A stretch of 23,262 nucleotides of DNA from Fibrobacterota bacterium. GTDB taxonomy: Bacteria > Fibrobacterota > Fibrobacteria > UBA11236. Position 1 is the first letter of the stretch, and every line of letters begins with the position of its first letter. Below are positions 17,182 through 23,262 of the stretch, piece after piece. The stretch is taken from NCBI GenBank assembly GCA_043753995.1, contig JAYUVP010000070.1, positions 1 through 23,262 on the forward strand, written 5' to 3'. The position numbers were made by a program, and so were the translations under genes. The notes under the pieces were generated by a model, which was not told the DNA's origin, made no database searches, and was given only the letters and a program-made list of their open reading frames with translations.

Positions 17182-17763
17182 ATGCTCGGACTTAAGCTCA
17201 GAACCGACCCGCGTTGGGCGAAACTCGTCGAATCGAATCTCGAAGAAATCTTGACCGATCATGCTTGGTGCGAACAAAAAGCCGCCATCAATGCCATGAA
17301 TCTCATCACGCAAAATCCCGAGCGCACCGAAATGGTGACCGACCTTTTGGTGATCGTGCAAGAAGAGATGGCCCATTTCCAAAGCGTGCATGAAATCATC
17401 AAGGCCCGGGGCTTCAAACTCAATCGCCAGCCCAAGGACGATTATGTCCAAGACCTCTTCAAGTTCTTGAAAAAAGATGGCAGCCGCTTGGAATCCCTCA
17501 TCGATCGCCTGCTTTTTGCCGCCCTCATCGAAGCTCGCAGTTGCGAGCGCTTTCGTGTCTTGTCGGAAAATATTCGCGATCAGGAATTGGCCCAATTCTA
17601 CCGGGATTTGCAAATCTCCGAAGCTAATCACTTCACCTTATTCCTGGGCTATGCCAGACAATTCGGTGCAGGAATGGACGTGGATTCGCGCTGGAATGCT
17701 TGGCTAGAATTTGAAGACAGCATTATCGTGAACTATGGAAAAAAAGAGACGGTGCACGGATAG
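17182..17763 (+). CDS. miaE: tRNA-(ms2io6A37) hydroxylase
   Basis: LTDHAWCEQKAA, EEMAHF, LIEARSCERF, SEANHF di-iron ExxH motifs; AAGGA SD. Confidence 0.93.
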   Translation: MLGLKLRTDPRWAKLVESNLEEILTDHAWCEQKAAINAMNLITQNPERTEMVTDLLVIVQEEMAHFQSVHEIIKARGFKLNRQPKDDYVQDLFKFLKKDGSRLESLIDRLLFAALIEARSCERFRVLSENIRDQELAQFYRDLQISEANHFTLFLGYARQFGAGMDVDSRWNAWLEFEDSIIVNYGKKETVHG

Positions 17764-17796
17764 TCGAGCCGCGCACCAACTTGCTGGAGGACGCGC

Positions 17797-18321
17797 ATGT
17801 TATGCCTCAAACAGATTTTCGCAATGGCCATACTCTTTGCAGCGGTAGGCATTAGCCCCCATGCGCAGCCCATCCTCAAGCCGCCGGTCGAAATCAGCCC
17901 CAAGATCGCCTATAAAGGGGAGGCCCTATGGATCAAGGTCAACTTTACGGGGGATGGCTGCTGGGATTATCCCCTAACATGGAAGGTGGAACCTACGCCC
18001 ATCAGTTCGGTTTTGACTTGGTATTTAATTCTGAATATCAAGGCCACGCGCAGCGATGCCTGTATTCCGATTCGAACACCCATGGATGCTCAGGATACCT
18101 TGAAAAACCTTAGCGGCGGCCGGTATATCGTTCGTTTTGATTCCTTGAGTGATGTGCGATATGATTTGCGCGATACCGTCACTTTCACCGTTCAAAACAT
18201 TCCGAATCCCATCCTCACCCGCTTCGGCGAAAAGCAGGAAATGAATTTTGAAACGAATAAGCTTGACCTGCTCGGCAGGAAGAGGCGGTCATTTCAGGGG
18301 CTAAGATTGTGGCCTGACTAA
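17797..18321 (+). CDS. Secreted hypothetical protein with a short basic C-terminal tail
   Basis: GGAGG SD, signal peptide (PHA-Q), Cys pair, beta-rich domain, tail DLLGRKRR. Confidence 0.7.
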   Translation: MLCLKQIFAMAILFAAVGISPHAQPILKPPVEISPKIAYKGEALWIKVNFTGDGCWDYPLTWKVEPTPISSVLTWYLILNIKATRSDACIPIRTPMDAQDTLKNLSGGRYIVRFDSLSDVRYDLRDTVTFTVQNIPNPILTRFGEKQEMNFETNKLDLLGRKRRSFQGLRLWPD

Positions 18322-18334
18322 ACACTCCACTTGG

Positions 18335-18354
18335 TGCTGCTCATTTGAGCAGCA
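18335..18354. promoter_or_regulatory. Perfect inverted repeat (terminator-like hairpin or operator)
   Basis: TGCTGCTCA-TT-TGAGCAGCA, 13 nt after the stop at 18321; no downstream U-tract. Confidence 0.45.
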
Positions 18355-18422
18355 AATAAACTCCGAAGTATTCCCACCTACCCACTCCCTAATAGGGTTC
18401 TAAAAGAGCTAAAATCGAAGGC

Positions 18423-18827
18423 ATGACCCGATTTTTTCTTGCTGTTCTCCTGATGACCCACGCCGCTCTCTTTTCGGCCTGCCAGAAAAAAGAAACGACC
18501 GTGGTCACTCCCCCCAATCCGCATTCCACCGTCCCCAAGCCTTTTATGCCTCCCGACGACGGCATCATCACTCCGACCGCCGCGCAAGCCTATGCCTCCG
18601 CCCGCTCGGAAATGGTGCAGGTCAATACGCATTTGCTCGACAGCCTGGGTATGGCGACAGCCGAGCGCAAGGCCATCTTCACCCAGGCCCTCGACCTCGC
18701 CTGCGAGAAAGTGGCTCGCCGTCACGGTCTGCATGGCGCCGCCGAATACCGCTGGATACAAGAGCATGCCGCCAGCCTGCCGCAGAACCGCGAAGCCCTA
18801 GGTAACGCAGGCGTTAACATTCCCTAA
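18423..18827 (+). CDS. Hypothetical lipoprotein (helical)
   Basis: Lipobox FSA-C, Pro-rich linker, helical domain. Confidence 0.7.
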   Translation: MTRFFLAVLLMTHAALFSACQKKETTVVTPPNPHSTVPKPFMPPDDGIITPTAAQAYASARSEMVQVNTHLLDSLGMATAERKAIFTQALDLACEKVARRHGLHGAAEYRWIQEHAASLPQNREALGNAGVNIP

Positions 18828-18845
18828 GTTCCCATCGCCTGACTT

Positions 18846-19523
18846 TCAGAATTTGTATTTGACGCAGCCATAGGTGAAATCATCGAGATTGGCGCCGCTG
18901 GTATTGGTGTCGCTGAAAACCACGTAATAGATTCCACTCGTGTCCTCGATGCTCACCGTACCGAAATCCTTGTCGCCCACCTTTCCCGAAGGCTGGGTTG
19001 TGAAAGAATCGACGCCCACTAACTTGCCGGTGAAACCGTAAGCCTTCATGATAATGAGATCGGTTTCGGGGCTCTTGTCCCCTACCGTAGCGGAAACATG
19101 TTTGGTCACACCCTTGCCGCCGCCATCGGGATTCTTGAAGACTATTTGCACCGGTTGATGATTGAAACCGATGAGCAAAGCATTCTTGCCCGACACAGCC
19201 GCATTGCCCGTTTGATTGCCGTTGAATTTCTCGGTCAAGATATATGGACCGCCGGAAGCCGTGAAATCAAGACCTAATGGCTTGTAACGCCCACTAAGCG
19301 GGGTCAAGGTTTCCACCGCGGCATCTTCGAAGTCGATGACATGGGTGGCCTCTTCCATGCAGCAGCCATCACGGCTGGGGTATTTGGCGCAATACGCAGT
19401 CGAATCAAAACCCTGTTCTCCGGGCTTGGGCGAAGTGTCGACCTCTTGATTGCATGCTAGGAAGGCGAATAGGCCGCCAGCCAAGCTCAACCAAGCCTCT
19501 CGCAAATTCAGCCGCGATGTCAT
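18846..19523 (-). CDS. Hypothetical lipoprotein (beta-sandwich)
   Basis: Lipobox FLA-C, Cys-rich linker, IDFED...NLDDFTY jelly-roll-like ends. Confidence 0.72.
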   Translation of the reverse strand: MTSRLNLREAWLSLAGGLFAFLACNQEVDTSPKPGEQGFDSTAYCAKYPSRDGCCMEEATHVIDFEDAAVETLTPLSGRYKPLGLDFTASGGPYILTEKFNGNQTGNAAVSGKNALLIGFNHQPVQIVFKNPDGGGKGVTKHVSATVGDKSPETDLIIMKAYGFTGKLVGVDSFTTQPSGKVGDKDFGTVSIEDTSGIYYVVFSDTNTSGANLDDFTYGCVKYKF

Positions 19524-19624
19524 GCGCCTAGCATATCACTAATGGAGTGAAGAAAGAAGCCACGCAAACCCCTTAGAGACAATGAGGACGGTGACATTTT
19601 CGAAGAATCATTCGTTTGAATCCT

Positions 19625-20298
19625 ATGCGACGTGTCTTTTTTTCCTTCCCTTCCGGCTTGCGAACCTTCTTATTCCTTGCCCTATTTCTTGGCCCGGCCC
19701 AGGCCCTCACGGGAAAGCAGGGCTTCAAAATTCTTCTCGCGGAATCGTTGGGCATTCCCCTGGGGATGATGGGAGGCGCCTTGGGTGGAGCCGCCCTGGG
19801 TTATGGCATTGGCTCCCTGATGCCCGACAATACCCACAACCGTAGAACCGGAATGAATGATGCCGACAGCCTAGGCTATTACGAGGAAGACCATTGCTGC
19901 ATGATTTCTTTAACTCCGGAAGAAACCGGCGCCCTAGTCGGACTCGTTTTTGGTTTTGGCATTGGCGGTTTCGTGGGGCAAAGCACCGGAGTTTATGTCG
20001 GCGCCAAGTTGCAGGGCTTGCACGCCAATTTTTGGTCCACAACCTTGGCTACGGCAGCAGGGATGCTCTTGGTTTTGTGACAGCAGGAATATTGATGATT
20101 CCAATCAATGCTTATCCTGAACAAGAGTGGACAGCAGTGGCTGCGGTAGCAACGGGCTTGAGCCTAGCGATGGCGACTCCGGTTTTATGGGTTGGGCATA
20201 AGAATCGTTCCATTCGCCCGACCGTGTCCCTGCCGCCCGATGCCAAGAGTTGGAGCCACCTACAAATAGGCATGCAGGCCGTGCTGGTACCGTTTTAG
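19625..20298 (+). pseudogene. Gly-rich membrane protein split by a 1-bp frameshift (pseudogene or sequencing error)
   Basis: ORF 19616-20080 ends mid-helix (AAGMLLVL*). Adding one G at 20071-20072 gives AAGMLLGFVTAGILMIP..., open to 20298. Confidence 0.7.
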
Positions 20299-20318
20299 AT
20301 CCCCGACGCTTTGGGCCG

Positions 20319-21143
20319 TTAAAAAGCATAGCCGATCGATAGTCCCGGCAAAAAGAATTGAAAAGTATTGTCGCTGCCGGGATCAAGATTTCCGAAATAC
20401 GACGGTACATCGGTGTGACCAGCCTTGGCATAGGGATATTCAAAAGCAACTTCGACGTCCGTGCTTCGCGAATAACTCACTAAGGCATTGATGAAAAAAC
20501 CCGATTGAAATACCCATTCGATGCCGAGCGAGAGAAAATATGCGTCGACGCGCAAGGTCGAATAATCCTGGTGATAACTGAGGCGGGAAAAGCCGGTTTC
20601 GATGAAGGGGCTGAAATTGCTCGGCGCCAAATAGGAAACCACACCGAAGGTGAGCGAGGTGCCTTTCATTTCATAAGCGTCGATATTGCTGGCCACCGAA
20701 AACGTCATGCCCAATCTCGAAAAAGGGAGATAGTGAAGATTCATGCCGACGCCGAACATTTCCGCGCCGCTGCGCAAACTGAAGGCCAGGGGTTTTTCAT
20801 CGCGCAAAATCACCGAGGGGCGCCAGGGCTTGATGGTGGCGATGTCGCCATGCTGTAAATTCGCGCCTTGCACATAGCCGAAAGCCTCGCCCATTTTGAT
20901 TTTTGCCCATCGGCTTTGACGCGGATCGACAAACCATTCATCTACCTGGACGATTTCACCGGCATAGAGCAGGCGCAAGGCATTGGCCAGCACATCCGGC
21001 TTCTCGAAAACCATGACGCCATCCCGGATGGCCACGGCATGCGAAGAATCCGAGGACGATTTGGCCTCGTCGGCTTGAATAGTCGCAACCCCCGCAAGCG
21101 GGATCCAAAACACAAATGCGAGACCCATCCACGAATAGCGCAT
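20319..21143 (-). CDS. Exported protein: bacterial SH3-like domain plus outer-membrane beta-barrel
   Basis: Signal peptide, VFEKPD.....LRLLYAGEIV...WAKIKM....GYV (SH3b-like), amphipathic strands, C-terminal PGLSIGYAF beta-signal. AGGA SD before ATG 21143. Confidence 0.72.
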   Translation of the reverse strand: MRYSWMGLAFVFWIPLAGVATIQADEAKSSSDSSHAVAIRDGVMVFEKPDVLANALRLLYAGEIVQVDEWFVDPRQSRWAKIKMGEAFGYVQGANLQHGDIATIKPWRPSVILRDEKPLAFSLRSGAEMFGVGMNLHYLPFSRLGMTFSVASNIDAYEMKGTSLTFGVVSYLAPSNFSPFIETGFSRLSYHQDYSTLRVDAYFLSLGIEWVFQSGFFINALVSYSRSTDVEVAFEYPYAKAGHTDVPSYFGNLDPGSDNTFQFFLPGLSIGYAF

Positions 21144-21144
21144 A

Positions 21145-22113
21145 TCAATCCTTTTTCGTTTCCGCAGATTGCGCGGAAAGGCTCTGATGGAATTCCGCAA
21201 TCCAATCGCGCACCAAATCGGGATGAGTCAATTGGGGACTATGGCCGGCGCCGGGCACGACCTTCATGCGCGATGCGGAAATATTGCTCTGCAAATAAAA
21301 CCCATAGCGCAAGGGAAAAATCGGATCGCGTTCACCCCAAATCAATAAAACAGGAACGGACAAATTGCGAATGCGATCGCGATAATCGTGATTGTAGGAA
21401 TCCAGCGCGGAGAGCACCATGGCGTCGCCATTGACAATGCGCTTGATGATGTCCTGATTGCCTCCGGTGAATAGAGCGATAGCGGGATGGTTCGCAACAC
21501 GCACCTGCCCCAGATTCACGCGCCCATATTGTTTGGCCATTCTTTCGGCGAATTCGCCATGCTCATAGGAACCAGCGGCGTCGATTAGGGTCAGGCTTCT
21601 TACTTCGGCTGGATATTCGAGGGAATAGGCCAAACAAATCTGGCCACCAAGAGAATGGCAAACCAAATCGATTTTTTTCTTGCTCATGCGATAAATCAGT
21701 AATTCATGCAGGGCATCGACATGCGCTTTTACGGTAAAATCGCTTTGCTGATGAGTCGACTGTCCCGTGCCCGGCAAATTCACCGCGACCACGGTGCGAC
21801 CTTGATTCGTGTCCACTATTTGCGGCGCGAAATCACCGACATTGCCGCCCAAGCCGTGAATGTAAACCACGCTAGGTGTAACCGAATCCCCGGGCGCAAG
21901 CCGTGAAGGCGGTTCGATGAATTCCAATTGCCCCTGATTGTATTGCAAGATTCGCGTATCGTATCCCGGTAGGCGCGTCATGCGCTCTTGCCTCCGCGCA
22001 TTGCTCATGGCATGCCACTCGTTAGAGACATCCGCCTTCTTCACGGAGGCGCAGCCGAGGAGGTGCCAGGCGCTGAGGCAGGCGGCGAGGTAGCCGAGAC
22101 GGAGAGCGATCAT
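21145..22113 (-). CDS. Alpha/beta hydrolase lipoprotein
   Basis: Lipobox LLG-C, IHGLGG oxyanion motif, NLPGTGQS, CHSLGG nucleophile elbow, IWGERDP, GAGH. Confidence 0.9.
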   Translation of the reverse strand: MIALRLGYLAACLSAWHLLGCASVKKADVSNEWHAMSNARRQERMTRLPGYDTRILQYNQGQLEFIEPPSRLAPGDSVTPSVVYIHGLGGNVGDFAPQIVDTNQGRTVVAVNLPGTGQSTHQQSDFTVKAHVDALHELLIYRMSKKKIDLVCHSLGGQICLAYSLEYPAEVRSLTLIDAAGSYEHGEFAERMAKQYGRVNLGQVRVANHPAIALFTGGNQDIIKRIVNGDAMVLSALDSYNHDYRDRIRNLSVPVLLIWGERDPIFPLRYGFYLQSNISASRMKVVPGAGHSPQLTHPDLVRDWIAEFHQSLSAQSAETKKD

Positions 22114-22578
22114 TCACCGTCTCGCGAAAAGGATATAGTCCAGCATCGGCGGCCTATGTCCATTCGCAGCGGCCCAAGAACTGATTTGCGCACGGTGATG
22201 CACGCCATGGGTAGCCACATGGGTGAGAATGTCGGCCACGGTATTCTCCATGGACTCGCCATTCAGGCGGCGATAAGAAATCTTGCGAGAACGATCGAGG
22301 GCCTTAGCTCCCTCCAAAAGCGCATCCAGTCGCTGACGATGCCGCTTGGGCCACTGCTCCAATTCTGACACGGATAGAGGCTCCCAAACGTCACCCTTGG
22401 GAGAGCTTCCTTCGAGACGGTCAAGCCAAATAGCCTCGGCGCGCAAGACATGGGAAAGCAGACGCAGGGGAGCGGCCTCAGGGGTGGGCAAGGCCAGCCA
22501 CCAGGTGACGACTTGACGATTGGCCCAATCGCGGTGAGCGTGTAAATCCACTAGGGTGTCGGGTAGGGCGGTGCTCAT
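22114..22578 (-). CDS. DinB family protein
   Basis: [42 protein letters not shown]; metal-binding His triad. Confidence 0.9.
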   Translation of the reverse strand: MSTALPDTLVDLHAHRDWANRQVVTWWLALPTPEAAPLRLLSHVLRAEAIWLDRLEGSSPKGDVWEPLSVSELEQWPKRHRQRLDALLEGAKALDRSRKISYRRLNGESMENTVADILTHVATHGVHHRAQISSWAAANGHRPPMLDYILFARR

Positions 22579-22697
22579 GCCCAAAGCTTAAAATCTGAGA
22601 CAGGTTTTGGACGTTTTCGAGGTGTTTTCAAGGCCTTGGGGCATTTTCTAGCTTTGCCCCGCTTGCGAATTGGCGCTTCTGCGCCTGACTTGATTTT

Positions 22698-22774
<77 letters not shown>

Positions 22775-22805
22775 CTCGCCTTATTGTCGGTTCAAGAATC
22801 CCGAT

Positions 22806-23261
22806 TCAGGGCACTAGGGCGAAGCAATAAATGCCGCCGTAACCGCCACCATCACCGACCCCGCCTCCACCAAAGCTGCCCTGTCCCGTCACGACGCTGG
22901 CAGCGCAACCGGCCACACTGTGAGCCTGCAGCCAATTTTTGCCGCTACTCGCCGGCCAAGAATGACCCGCATTGGGACCGCTCCCCATCCCCCCACCCGT
23001 GCCGCCCGCCGGTGTTGTCGTGGTGGTCCAGTTTTCACAGTTGGGATTGGTATGGAGTCGGCCAGTTTTATCCGATCCCGTCAATACATCGTGATTATCC
23101 ATGGTCACTCCGCCGGCCGTGTGGTTGGGCTCGCCGCTTTCATTGGGCAGGTCCGAGGCAATAACGACATCTCCCGCCGGGCGGTCAGCACTCGTCAAAC
23201 CAGCCAAATTGGTCGCGACGGATCGACCCAGCCGGTCATACCAAGGCCCAGCGCCAATGCG
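22806..23261 (-). CDS. Endostatin/C-type-lectin-like secreted protein, 5' end outside the window
   Basis: Frame open to the window edge: RIGAGPWYDRLG...HDVLTGS...G...CENWT...GHS...W..AH...GC...GG.G.IYCFA. Confidence 0.7.
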   Translation of the reverse strand, partial: RIGAGPWYDRLGRSVATNLAGLTSADRPAGDVVIASDLPNESGEPNHTAGGVTMDNHDVLTGSDKTGRLHTNPNCENWTTTTTPAGGTGGGMGSGPNAGHSWPASSGKNWLQAHSVAGCAASVVTGQGSFGGGGVGDGGGYGGIYCFALVP

Positions 23262-23262
23262 A

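Noticed and set aside
22789..22802. GGTTCAAGAATCCC resembling a T-arm fragment after tRNA-Arg
   Set aside because: Short and gapped, and it does not match the tRNA-Arg 3' end; likely chance. No tRNA-Arg att duplicate was seen in the window.

Overview
A gene-dense bacterial chromosomal window, probably Fibrobacterota. That assignment is inferred from a TIGR02147-family gene paired with a carboxypeptidase-regulatory-domain lipoprotein, and from several secreted proteins with basic C-terminal tails. The window holds about 24 CDSs: a Kelch protein, two oxidoreductases, an orphan GAF histidine kinase, two DinB-superfamily proteins, a DUF805-SRPBCC membrane protein, an alginate-lyase-family protein, a VIT-domain protein, a GT4 glycosyltransferase, miaE and several lipoproteins. 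It also holds tRNA-Met(CAT) and tRNA-Arg(CCG). Main observations: (1) a 1152-bp integrase-less islet at tRNA-Met, bounded by a perfect 31-bp repeat and carrying only a zeta-toxin-like P-loop kinase and a small coupled partner; (2) a GyrI-like/GIY-YIG fusion whose stop codon lies inside the att repeat; (3) strong enrichment of the Bacteroidota O-glycosylation sequon D-[S/T]-[AILVMT] in exported proteins; (4) five genes with TAnnnT exactly 6 nt before the ATG and no Shine-Dalgarno (SD) sequence, which suggests leaderless mRNAs; (5) a TIGR02147-lipoprotein module with a palindrome-rich divergent promoter. All product calls come from motif recognition by eye; no database searches were run.
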